Positions 52,590 to 64,000 of a DNA stretch of 64,000 nt are shown here, piece by piece. Made by a program: the position numbers and the translations under genes. Position 1 is the first letter of the stretch. Each line of letters begins with the position of its first letter. The notes beneath the pieces were generated by a model. It was not told where the DNA came from, did no database searches, and was given only the letters and a program-made list of their open reading frames with translations. Source of the DNA: Podarcis liolepis (taxonomy: Eukaryota); assembly GCA_965112155.1 (NCBI GenBank), contig OZ218109.1, one strand, 5' to 3'.

Positions 52590-54700
52590 GCGTAATTGCT
52601 ACCGTGCAGCCGGAGACGCGTGTCCGTTTCATCACACATGACTGACATGTGACAAGGGGCGGGTCGCTCGCTCTCCCCGCCTCCCCGAGGGACGGGGAAA
52701 GTGTGTCACTGGGTTGAAAGAGCCGGTCGGGAAGGGGAGGCGGGGCGAGCTGGGACGCCGCTCGGTGCAGCGGCTGTTCCGACGGCGCGCGAGTGGGCAA
52801 GGCGAGGGCGGCGACGGGGCGAGGCACGTGGTGGGCGCCGCCCTCCCGGTGACTCTCCCCGTCCTCGTGCGGGGAAGGGGGAGGAGGAAGGAGCCGGCAG
52901 CCGCAGCCCAGCAAGCCCATCTCCCCAGGAAGGCTCGACGGCGGCGCGGCGGCTGCCTGGCCTCCTCCCGCCTCGCACACACGAGGCGCGTCCACGCAGC
53001 AGCCGGGGGAAGGCGGGAGGCGGGCGCGGCTCGCTTGGGCACAGCTGCCGCAGCGGCTCTTTCGGCACAAGCGGAGAACGAGGCAGGCAGGCGCCCCAGC
53101 AGCCCGGGAAAGCCGTCGGTGAATGATCCCGGCTCTCGGAGGCAGCTGCGGGGAAGAAATCGGGGGACGCCATGGAGGTCAATGCAGGTAAGTGAGGCTT
53201 TGGGGTTGTCAGGGAGGTCAGAAGCGAGATCCGACGTGATGACTGCGGAGCAGGGAGGGAAAGGCGGATCAGGCTTGAAAGCCTTTCCCTTCCCTCCCTC
53301 CACTGATTCCCGGAGGGTCGTGACCCCCGATGCTCAAGCGGACCCCTCCCCAATTTCAGCCTTATGCTGCTCTGCCCCCCACAAAAAAGACCGGCTTTTT
53401 CTTGCGGGGAATGTGCGCGCAATGCGGTGGTGGCAGAAGCGAAGCTGCCCTGGAATTGCCGCACCGTGGTGTGGGAAGGAAACCCCGAGGGTCATCTAGT
53501 CCGACCCCGTACAATGGAGTGGGTTTTGTGTGGATTGGCGCGCGCGCCCTAGGAAGGGCTTCCGAGGTCAGGATGGGGGGTTTTGCATGCCGGGAGGCAG
53601 GAATCGGCCGGTGCGGGAAACCGGGGCCGAGGGGCTTATTCCCTCCTTCGGGGCTGACTGGACTCCCCTCTCCCTGGACGGTGTGCGGGGAGACTCCGCG
53701 AGGCGGCGTCGGCGTCTAGGGGTTCCCGCGGCGCCTTTTCTCTCTCTTTCCCCGGCCGCCCATCCATTTCCCATCCGGCCGGTTCTCAAAAGCAGCCGCT
53801 CACATGGACCGTCGGGCGAGCCACGTGCGCCGCTTTGTTTACGTTCGGCGCCGCCTGCGCGCTGATTGGCTGTGACGTCGGGGATTACACAATCGGGACG
53901 GGGCGGCCGCCTCCCGCTGGCGACCGCGTGGAGAGACACGTGAAGGCGGCGGCGGGAGGCCCTTGTTTTGGTGACCTGCATCCAGGGGGCGGCGCGGGGA
54001 AAGGACACGTGGGGAAGGCAGGCAGGCAGGCAGGAGCCGGCAGAGCGGATGGAGGAGGAGGAGGGAGGCGCGTTGCAAGACTGCGCCCAGCAGACTTTGG
54101 GAATCTCCCTTCCCTGCCTTCTGCTGCCAGGCGGGGACTCTTCCCTCTCCAGCCTTGCCGGATAGGAGGAGCCGCCGCCTTGCGAGGCAGGCACGGCCCC
54201 AAGGCGACCTCGCTCCGCTTCGGGAGATCCGAGTGCATTTGAGGTTGCGGGGCGGAGCTTCGACGCTGCTCTTTTGCAAAAGCTGCTCTGCCGCAAGCCG
54301 GGGAGCGCCGCGATCCTCGCGCCTTCAAGCCCCTCTTTGAGTTCAGACAGATCTAGTAGGATCGCCCCGATCCTCCTCCGTGGCTACCCAGAAGCGAGCC
54401 TGGCCCGGCACGTGGCTGCTACCCCAGATGTTAATTCCCCCCCCTACACCTTTTTAATGGAATAATAGGAGGAACGCTTAGCCTGAGGCTGCGATCCGAA
54501 ACAACCGCACTTACCTGCGAGTAAGCATCACTGAATCCAATGAATAGTTTCCGAGTAGACGGGTCAGTGGCAAGGTCAATGCGGCGACGTTTGCATGGAG
54601 AATCGGATCAAGGAAGAGGCGCGCGCGCGCGTGTCTCCTCGTCCCCGAAATAGGGGGTGCCATGGGCGCTTGTTTGGGGGGGCAGGCTTTACGTAAGGAG
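52590..54700 (+). promoter_or_regulatory. NR1D2 CpG island: promoter, 5' UTR and start of intron 1
   Basis: Very GC/CpG-rich; GC box at 52656; CACGTG at 52825, 53822, 53937, 54006 and 54409; TTACGTAA at 54689. Confidence 0.88.
53172..53187 (+). CDS. NR1D2: NR1D2 (Rev-erb beta) coding exon 1
   Basis: gccATG GAG GTC AAT GCA G|gtaagt = MEVNA(G); strong Kozak context; phase matches the exon at 61641. Confidence 0.95.
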
Positions 54701-55636
54701 GGACAGAACCTCAGTTAAGATTTATTTTTACTAGGTTTAGGGCTGCCCCCCTGGCGTATTTTTACTCGGAAGTAAAGCCTGTGCTCGGAGAGGTTTACTC
54801 TTTAGTTAGTGCGCATTCATCGGGTATCTGAACCTTAGGGACGCTTGAGTTCCTCCTCCTCCTCTGCCGGCTGCTCCGCAGCTGCCTTAATGCTATGGAA
54901 ATCGAGGCTGGCTATTGGTGCAGCTGCTTCTGTGTGCGCGCATCCATGTGACACCGACCGCCTCGCTCTCTCACATGTACAGACGACCCATGTGCACAGC
55001 TCTCGAAATGTAACAGGTCGGAGGAGAGTCCTCTTCCCTGATGGCTGAGCTCACCGAATAGGCAAGTCAGGTGGTGCAACACGAACAGATTCCGGAGGGA
55101 CTTACATAATAACTACGGACGTTGGGCAGTTTGCCTGAGGCTAGGAGGATAAGAACGGTGTTATGTTTTATAAAAGTCTTATTCAAGGACCAGAGGGGAA
55201 GTGCTGCTTCCTCCACCAGTCCTGAAGCCGAAGGAGGCAGGAAGGGAAGGGAATTACGAAATTCACCCTCCCCAAATCCCTGTAATAAAATAGACTGAGC
55301 CGGCAAAATTCATGGAACACTGATTATATAACAACATGTGCCAGCTTCCTAAAGCAACGAACTTTGTGATATTCATTATTTATGACTACTTTTGTTATGT
55401 TTGTAGTTGTGTAATTTTTTTTAATATGTTATAAGCTGCCCTGAGCATGGTTTTAACTTTGCAAAGGAGCATACAAATAAATTGATAATTTGAGCCAAGG
55501 GGAGATGTTGGAAGACTTGAAAAGGCTTTTAAGCCCAATAATAGCAACCAGGTTCTCTTCAAAATGTGTTTGGTAGGTCTCCTAGATAGCAACAAACAAT
55601 TAACAAGGTTGAAGCCACTTAATACCACCAAATAAT

Positions 55637-56812
55637 TATGGGGCGGATCCTCTCCTGCTAACTGCCCCCAATTAAATATAGTGCAACCGTCTCGAGGTAC
55701 ACCAATTACACAAATTTCTACAGTTTACCACAGATTATCTAGTAGGGAAAACTTAAATGATTTAGAGTCTCAGGCAGGAGTTGATCAAACAAACAAGAAA
55801 TGTTTTATTAAACAAAAGGAAGTTTATGAAACCAAGTGCATAAGGAAAGGTAGAAGTTAATTAATTTACTTTAACTATTAAGATGTGTCAGGTTTAAACA
55901 GAATATTATAGATACAACTCTTCTTAAACTTCAGTTACTAGAAATCAGTTGGTACACTTCGGGTGGTTAAATATTCAGGTTTCCAGAATAGATTCCAAAA
56001 TGCTTAACTCAGTTTCTGTCACTTAGATATTACAGTTAAGTACTTTCAACACTTCCTTCACAGCTAAATACTTTGGTTCATGAGCGAGGGCACTTTTCCT
56101 CAGTTACCCACTCTCTTAATCAAGCACCCCCAAACTCGGCCCTCCAGATGTTTTTGGGACTACAACTCCCATCATCCCTAGCTAACAGGACCAGTGGTCA
56201 GGGATGATGGGAATTGTAGTCCCAAAACATCTGGAGGGCTGAGTTTGGAGGTGCCTGCTCTTAACCATCCCATACCTGAGGTCTTCTAAATGGTATAACA
56301 GACCTAGGGAATCATCCCATCTCTTGTTACTGGTTTGGGAGTTGCCTAGTTCCTAGAAGAACTCTCCCCTTCTGGCTATACTGACACCCAGGCAGCCTGA
56401 ATTCCCACAGGATCTACCTCTCCCGGCTCAAACTCAGCCCTCCCAGAACACTCCTGTCTGTATCCCTTTCCCTCAACCCAGACCCTCAACCCGGTCTCCC
56501 TATCCAAGCTACGAGGCTCTGTCCTCTCCCTATGGATAATCAACTCATTGTGTGTGTTTAACTTAACTCAGAACCAGTTCTCCGTATCTCACTCCCGATC
56601 GCCCAACCTGAAACCTGTCTAACATCTCAAATCTAATCTTATTCCTCTTCTCAAATCCAGCCCAAATCTCATCTTAAATCCAGCCCTAACTAACTCACTC
56701 TGTCAGAAAACTGCTCCTTTTATTCCTACCCCCAAAGTGCTGTTCCTTCTAGCTGACTCTGTAGCCAGAGGCTCCTGCACTCTGCTGGAATTTGGGGGGG
56801 ATTGCATCACCA
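55637..56812 (-). mobile_element. Possible solo LTR
   Basis: Compositionally distinct ~1.2-kb block; on the - strand a TATA-like AATAAAAGGAG (~56714-56724) precedes AATAAA (~55804-55809). Termini and TSD are not clear. Confidence 0.3.
56121..56257. mobile_element. Palindromic hAT-like MITE
   Basis: Same family as 7059; 8-bp TSD CTCTTAAT/CTCTTAAC. Confidence 0.88.
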
Positions 56813-56997
56813 GACTCTGGTCTGGCTCTGCAGGCCCTCCCATGTGCATGTATAACAAAAATAGGAAGAGCTTTGCAGGATCCGATGGAGGGGCTTATCT
56901 AGTTCCACTTCCTGTTTCCAGTAGTGGCCAGTGATAGTTTATGGGTTTCCCCCCCTCTCCATTAGCTGGTATTCGGAAGCACTCTTGGCAATAGACC

Positions 56998-57310
56998 CAG
57001 GTTTCCCAAAGTTGGGTCTCCAGCTGTTGTTGGACTACAACTCCCATCATCCTTAGCTAGCAGGAGCAGTGGCCAAGGATGATGGGAGCTGTAGTCCAAA
57101 AACAGTTTGGGAAACCCTGATTTAGATTATCACAGCTGGTAGACTTATCCTCCATGAAACTGTCTTAACACAAGGGTGGTGGGCAGCCTATAGCCTTCCA
57201 CATAACGTTGGACTTCAAGCACCCACCAGCCCTCGCTTGCATGACCAATGGTCAAGGATGATGGGAGTTGTAGTCCAGAAATTTCTGGAGGGCCATACAT
57301 TCCTCATTTC
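56998..57310. mobile_element. Two adjacent palindromic hAT-like MITEs (56998-57119 and ~57171-57310)
   Basis: GGACTACAACTCCCATC and GATGGGAGTTGTAGTCC arm motifs. Confidence 0.7.
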
Positions 57311-59416
57311 TGGTCTAATCTTTTTACGGCCCTCTTAGCTAGTAAACACCAATCACATCTTGTGACAGCAGATCCTCTGTGTTATTTATGCATTCCATGT
57401 ACTTCTACCTTACGTGCACTGTCAGTTAATGTAATCAAGTTGTTCCAAATTGCGGTGTTGCGAGAAAGAGAGAGAAATGTCCTTATATGCTTTCTCTACA
57501 CCAATCACATGTTTGTCATAGCAATGTAATGTTCGTGTTCTGTCCTGGCCAACTTTTTTTCCCTCCGCTAAAAAGAAAGTGTTCTGAATCCAGCACTATG
57601 GATGTCCATAGCACTGTGTGAATATACATAGTGCTTTACAAAAAGCAGTCTTGACAGGTCCCTAAAAATAGACACAGGGAAACAGGAGGAGGAGGGGAAT
57701 CACCTTGTAAAAGTACAGAGAAGAGGAGAAAGCATTATGGAAAGGTACAATGCTAATGGCCATTTTATTTTCACTCCCATTCCTAATAATTCTTAAAAAC
57801 GGAGTTTGCCTTTCTTGCTGCTATTGCAAATCTAGTTGATATTTTCACAAAGCTATCTACTGTGACCCTACTAGGATCCTAGTCACACCCAGTTAAGGTC
57901 CCCTCTTGTGTATATGTGAATTTATTTTCTCTGCACCGTTCTCTGTTCACCATTCTACGTGAACTTCAGTTGCTGTTTTGTTGCCCATTCATTTAGTTTG
58001 GATAAATCATTTTAGAGCTCTTCATAGCCTCTCTCTCTCGTTTTCATCACCCTGAGCGGTTTGTTGTGAGCAAGATCCTTTGTGAATATGAAACAGCACC
58101 CCTCCCAATAGAGATCTTTGGGAATGTAAATGTTTGCTTGGTCCCGGGGGGGGTCATTGCCCTATAAGTCCCAACTCCATGCTTCCTATTATTTAGCCTG
58201 TGTGTAGGTTGTTCAGCATTTTCCCTGCCTGAGTCATTGTACACATTTACACATGACTGCTTATGTGTATGTTAAACTTCCTTACTAAACTGATATTGAG
58301 ACTATGCTAGTAGGTTACGTAATGACTTCCTGGCAAAGCACATGCTCAGTAAGCTATAATTATAATAATTTGCATTATTCTGTGCACATGTGTCCATCTC
58401 TTTTCACACGCAAAAGCAGCATTTTTCACATGACACTGCTAGGATGTGGGTTTATATATGTCCAAATTTGAATGCCGTTGAAAGTTTTGAAAGCGTTTCA
58501 TGTTTTATTTGCAATGGGGCTTCGCCTTTGATACAAAGCTTCATTACCAAATGCGTCACTGGAATGCTAATAATTCTCCCTCTCCGGTCTTAAATATAAA
58601 TAATTATGGAGCCCCAAGCCTTACGTAATTTTCATTGCAGCCTAAATCTACTTCTGTCATTGGTACTATAGTGGTTACTTATGAATTAGAGATGACAAAC
58701 GTTAACCTGGCATATGTGAAGAGGTTAGGACTGTGCCATGATTTTATAAATTATTCCTTGTGGAGGGCAATCTCAATGTGAAGATATTTTCTTAAGGATT
58801 TTTGAGAATCACAATGTTTGAAGGACATTTAGACCTCAAACCTATGCAGATTTACTTAGGAGCATGAATGTAAGAGGGAACATGCTCCCTGAAAATATAT
58901 TTTACCTGCTCTCTTCTCCCCAAATATACTTCCTAGTAATGCTGCTGTAGAGTACTGATAAAATGTGAATCTAATAGGTCATGAAAGCAGTTACAGAGAC
59001 ATTAACACAAAAGCAACAGCCTTCAATATAATGCCTGATCTCCCCAATTTCAAGTAAGCATGTTCCGGATTGCTGCCTTGGGGCTGATTCACACATAACA
59101 AATGCCACATGGTGGCTGTCACCATGTTGCAAGCTATTCCATGGGCGGCGGTGGCGTGCCCTGAGAATGGGGGTGATTTTTCTTTCTGGCACTTGCCGGA
59201 ACCTGGAGAAAATGGGCTCAGTCTGCAAGATCAGCTCCTGCACATCAGTTGTTGTGAAGAAGCCTGTATGATATGATAGTAGCTGTGGACTTAGCTGTGC
59301 GTTGGCGCTCCCCCCCCCCCCACAATTGCACCAGTCTTTGCTTTAGGAAACAGCTAATGTTGGATTGTGGGGTACTTCCATATGGGGCTGAATTTGCAAG
59401 CAAGTTCATTTAATGC

Positions 59417-59756
59417 GGGACGCGGGTGGCGCTGTGGGTTAAACCACAGAGCCTAGGACTTGCCGATCAGAAGGTTGGCGGTTCGAATCCCCGCAACGGG
59501 GTGAGCTCCTGTTGCTCGGTCCCAGCTCCTGCCAACCTAGCAGTTCGAAAGCACGACAAAGTGCAAGTAGATAAATAGGTACCGCTCCAGCGGGAAGGTA
59601 AACAGCATTTCCTTGTTCTGCTCTGGTTTGCCAGAAGCGGCTTAGTCATGCTGGCCACATGACCTGGAAGCTGTACGCCGGCTCCCTCGGCCAATAAAGC
59701 AAGATGAGTCGGCCACGACTGGACCTAATGATCACGGGTCTCTTTACCTTTACCGG
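59417..59756 (+). mobile_element. Sauria SINE
   Basis: 11-bp TSD TCATTTAATGC at 59406-59416 and 59757-59767. Confidence 0.92.
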
Positions 59757-61640
59757 TCATTTAATGCAGCAAATGGTTTGTTGGCAACAGGGTTTGGGGT
59801 TTCTTGTTTTTATTTTATTTTCCCCGGGAAGCGGAAGTCCGCATTAAACGGGGAAGGGGGACAGACTTTGATGCCCTCCAAATTGTAGTCATGCATGTGT
59901 GGGGAGTTCGAATCCCATGAAAAGTACCCATTTGGAGGCACCCACAATAATCTTAAAGTAGAATGCCAGTCTCGTGTCTTCACAGAAAATGTAATTAAAA
60001 TAAGGCTCTTCGACTTAGGACTTGTATATTCCAAGAGAGGGGAAAGTTCATCTGTAGGTTTTGAAATTCTGCTAATGCAGAATTTTCCTTTTCCCCCTTT
60101 GCAATCACTGGAAAGTGGCTTTTCCACATAATAATAAACAAAGGGAGAGAAGCTAAGACAGAATCCTAACAATAAAAATGTGAAAGCTGTGAGATATGTA
60201 AGTTCACTTAGAAAAATGAGAGTGAGAAGCAAGCTGGTTTCAAAAAGTACATTTTTATATTAAAAAAATCATTTGTTCTAGGAATTGTGTTCTCTGAGGG
60301 GTTATTCAGCTGTCATATGACCTGGAAATGGGGATCTTTTTCAACACACAAACTGACTCCCATCCGTGTATAACTGAAGATGCATCTCTCAAGAACATTC
60401 ACTCTTATTTTGCAAGGTAGAATATCAGGTAAAAATTTCAAAAGCACTTCAGTTACTTGGGAACCTGCATCCTTGCAGAAAGCCTGTGGGGAGATGCAGG
60501 CGCCAATGGCCACAATGATCAAACCACTTGCTTTGGAGTCGTCCCATTGTTGACCATAGGACTTCTTCAGAGTAAGTTCTGAGACCATCGCAGCCTGAGT
60601 TTATTTATGTGCTTGTGAAAAAGTTACCCTTGGGGGGAGTATCTGTCCCTGATTGTCTTTCATTCATTCCAAAGAACCCAGGGAATTGTCTTTCTATGAA
60701 GGGGAACTATGATTGTTGAACAAAAGGCTCTCTACAGTTCCCAGGGTTCTTTGGGAGAAGCTTTCATTGTGGAATTATTATTTGTAGAGATACCCGTTTG
60801 TCTTTCGAAAAGCGGCAGTCCCTGGTGAATTATAGAGGTGCGCCAAGCAAATTGCTCCATGTTTTTCTTTCTGTTCATCCTTCATGGATGAAAATACTTC
60901 TTTCTTCCTTTTTGTTGTTTTTGAGACCGTGCCACTTTGTTGCCCAGAGGGAGGCCTGTCAGTACACAATGGGGCTGCAGCTAAACCCGCCATGGAGCCT
61001 GTTAAGGAACCATATGCAAGCTCCCCTGAGCTCCTTTTAGTGGAAGAACGTGATACATGTGAAATAAATAAGGATTATAGTTTTTGTTGGTGCTAAGAGT
61101 TCTCTATTATTTATTTGTTACACTTTTATAATGCTTTTCTGTCAACACACTTGTGCACGTGTTTTAAGCTTGCTGTCTCATAGACATGAAAGAAAAGGAA
61201 AATCTACCTGCAGTCTCAAGTCTTGTCTTGTCTTGTCTTGTCTTTTCTTCTATTTCTATGCTGCTTTTTATTCATATAAATCCCAAAGCAGCTTACAAAC
61301 AAAAAGATAAAAATAATAATGGAACATCACGCATACAGCATAAATCGTATAGAATACTTAGCAAGTCTATCCCACCGATTCCCTTTCTTCCAATCTTTCA
61401 GAAACAAAAGCTATCAAATACTTGCATTTTCTACTTTCCGTTCTTAACTAATTTCATAAACTGTGTCTTGTTTTGGAGCATATTGCTAAAAGCAAGACAA
61501 CTATAATACGTATTGTGATCCGATTCTGAAAACTAGAAAGGCATTTGGGGGTTGTTTACATGTGGTGCGGGAGAGACTTCTGGAAGTGGATTGTAAAGTG
61601 GATCTGTGAGCTGGTAGACTATTCCTGCTTCCTTCGACAG

Positions 61641-61898
61641 GTGGTGTGATTGCTTACATCAGTTCTTCAAGTTCAGCCTCTAGCCCTGCCTCGTGCCACA
61701 GCGAGGGATCGGAGAGCAGCTTCCTGTCCTCATCACCTGTACCGCAGTCACCAAACAGCTCCTCTTCAGACGGCAGCTCTAGCAGCAAGAGCAAAGAGGG
61801 CTCTGATGGAGTACCAAAGAATGACCAGTTAGATGACCGCGTTAAGGCCAGCCAGCCAAGTGTAACTGCATTGGCCAAGGGTCATGGTGGACTTACAA
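61641..61898 (+). CDS. NR1D2: NR1D2 coding exon 2 (258 bp, Ser-rich N-terminal domain); gene continues beyond the window
   Basis: gacag|GT GGT GTG...ACA A|gtaagt encodes GVIAYISSSSSASSPASCHSEGSESSF...KGHGGLT. Confidence 0.95.
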
Positions 61899-63328
61899 GT
61901 AAGTATTCATTTGTAGTAGCTCTGCTTTTGTTTAGGCTCAATTCAGGCATCATGTTTCCAGTCTATGGTTGGGAGAATGGGAGGGAATGTGCTTAGGGCT
62001 CCATCTTCTCCCCTGTGCTTTGCTGCTGGGGCTGGTCTGGGTTTGACTACAGATCAGGATTTTTCAAACTATGGTTTGGAGACTCTCCTAGTTAGCACTA
62101 TCCATATTTAGTCCTGATTCAGGCATAAGGGCATGCTATGCTTATAGCAAAACCTAAAAGGGAGGAGCTGGAGGAAGAAGCCTCTAAACACATTGGGAAT
62201 TCCCAATCTCCAAACCATGATTGGCAAACATAACACCTGAATTGATCATTGATATGTTGTCCACACTAAATAAATATCTTTGTCTGCGGCCTGAGGGCAT
62301 CCTTCTGCCTAGAGCCTGTAGCACTTAACATTCAGTGCTTAACCTCTGACTTCCTTCCTTCTAGATAGACTGTAGCTCTGGTTCTCAACCTCTGGCAAAC
62401 TGGAGCTCCGGCCTCCCAGTGCAAAGTGGTGCCAACAGGCCATGTTGTCCTGTGGTCCACAAGTAAGTTTAAAAGTCGAGATCTGACTATAAAAGGACCC
62501 CCAGACTTGTCCCCCTCCAACCATCCCAGTTAAGCAACCTTCCCCATTTTGAGGCCATCGAGGCTTCCAGTTGTGTAAAAGGTTGCTTTTATACAGCTCA
62601 TGATGTCTTCTTACAGTAAATTTGAAGCAAATTACCGAACAGAAAGCAGGTAAAAGTTTGGCAGCACACTGTACACGGTTAGTAGTGGGAACACCAAAAT
62701 AAAACTCATCATCCACAGATTCTATCTTCCATAGTGCTAGATTCAATCTGTAACAGCACCCAAGTTTTCCTGTGTATATTATTTTAAATGTAGAAGGACT
62801 ATAAGATGCCATATTCCATACTGGGTCCACCTCACCCAATACTGCCTAATCTAACTGGTAGCGCTCCCACACCCGGTCTCAGGCTAAGGTCTTTCCCATC
62901 CCCTAGTAACTGATGCTTTTGAAACAGAGGCATCTCTGAGGGAAAAGTGTGTGCTTTGCCATTGCACAAATCGAGAGTTGCCTGTATGCAATTTTGGCTT
63001 GGGCTGCTATCCCAGAACGTAATCCCAGTATAAAATCTTGGATTACTGTAATAGAACATGGTTTGGTTTGGGTTTTTTTTTTACAAGATTTCTTATGTGG
63101 TTTTTTTCCCAGAGGCCAGCAGCAACTTGGTTGTTATCTGTAGAGCTAAATTAGAAATAATTTTCCTCGAATTTGCTTGGTGCTGAAGTGGTTGCTAATC
63201 TTCCTAACTGTTGATTCTGTATTTGACTCTACTTGGAAACTGTTTCCAACATGATTCACGGATAACAAGATTTTCATCCTTGATAAAGTCAGCACCCAGG
63301 GTGTTTCTTTGTTTGCAATTTGGTGGTA

Positions 63329-63839
63329 CAGTCATACCTCGGGTTAAATATGCTTCGAGTTGAGCGCGTTCAAGTTGCGCTTCTTGGCAACCCGGAAGTA
63401 ATGGAGCGCGTTACTACCGGGTTCCGCCGCTTGCGCATGCGCAGACGCTCAAAATGACGTCACGTATGCACAGAAGCGGCGAAAAGCGACGCGTGCGTGC
63501 TCAGACATGCCGTCGCTACTTACGTTTACCTCTAGATGCGAACGGGGCTCCGGAACAGATCCCGTTCGTATCTAGAGATACCACTGTATATTTGTGTGTA
63601 TACAGTAGTATATTGGTTGTCGAACGGCTTGGTTCCTGAACAAATCTGCTCCCAAACACCACAAACCCAGAAGTGACTGTTCCGGTTTGCAAACGTTTTT
63701 CCGAAGCCGAATGTCTGACGTGGCTTTCGCGGTTTCCAATTGAGTGCTGGAAGCTCCTCCAGACAATCGGAAGCCATGCCTTGGTTTCTGAGTGGTCCGG
63801 GAGTTGAATGGATTAAGTTTAACAACCAAGGTACCAATG
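63329..63839. mobile_element. Two adjacent Tc1/mariner MITEs (63329-63586 and 63603-63839)
   Basis: Each is bounded by TA|CAGT...(C/A)TG|TA; homologous to 24425 and 46397 respectively. Confidence 0.8.
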
Positions 63840-63970
63840 TATCTACATCTATATGTATATGTACACAAATATTGTCTATGGATATATACACACATGCACA
63901 TTTGGTAGTAAAAAGATTGCCCTAGGATACAGGTTTCAAATAACTTCAGGGTAATAATAATAATAATAGC

Positions 63971-64000
63971 GGGACACGGGTGGCGCTGTGGGTTAAACCA
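63971..64000 (+). mobile_element. Sauria SINE 5' end, cut by the window edge
   Basis: GGGACACGGGTGGCGCTGTGGGTTAAACCA. Confidence 0.8.

Noticed and set aside
52561-54328. Long overlapping ORFs of up to 261 aa on both strands
   Set aside because: Expected from stop-codon scarcity in a GC-rich CpG island; low-complexity Arg/Pro/Ala/Gly content; only the 16-bp NR1D2 exon is supported.
54505-54530. Consensus splice donors on both strands (CAG|GTAAGT on -, GA|GTAAGC on +)
   Set aside because: The CACTTACCTGCGAGTAAG motif resembles a short palindromic squamate repeat, so it is not evidence of an exon.
58968-58981. RORE/RevRE autoregulatory site in NR1D2 intron 1 (CTAATAGGTCA); also a GGGTCA-n6-AGGTCA repeat at 54561
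   Set aside because: The 5' A/T extension mismatches the consensus and the spacing is not DR2; could be chance.

Overview
Eukaryotic, not microbial: a vertebrate genomic window, almost certainly from a squamate reptile and probably a lacertid lizard, judged from Sauria SINEs, Bov-B, L2 and squamate-type MITEs. It holds the conserved block UBE2E1 (last three coding exons, +), NKIRAS1 (complete CDS, -), RPL15 (complete, +, head-to-head with NKIRAS1 on a CpG island) and NR1D2/Rev-erb-beta (promoter and coding exons 1-2, +). All coding exon boundaries were read from GT-AG sites and give contiguous frames. The rest is introns and intergenic DNA dense with transposon remnants, plus two assembly gaps. 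The most unusual structure is at 23.0-23.5 kb in a UBE2E1 intron: two tandem fold-back units in (TA)n tracts, resembling Penelope-like pseudo-LTRs. One is a perfect 118-bp palindrome carrying a minimal hammerhead ribozyme core; the other has its arm junction at the predicted self-cleavage site. Also notable: an inverted L2 pair flanking one UBE2E1 exon, a MITE arm amplified into a 52-bp minisatellite, MITEs carrying a ZNF143/THAP11-like motif, clustered E-box and D-box clock elements around NR1D2, and an overlapping uORF in NR1D2. Gene and repeat family names come from recognition, not database searches; repeat boundaries are approximate unless TSDs are given.
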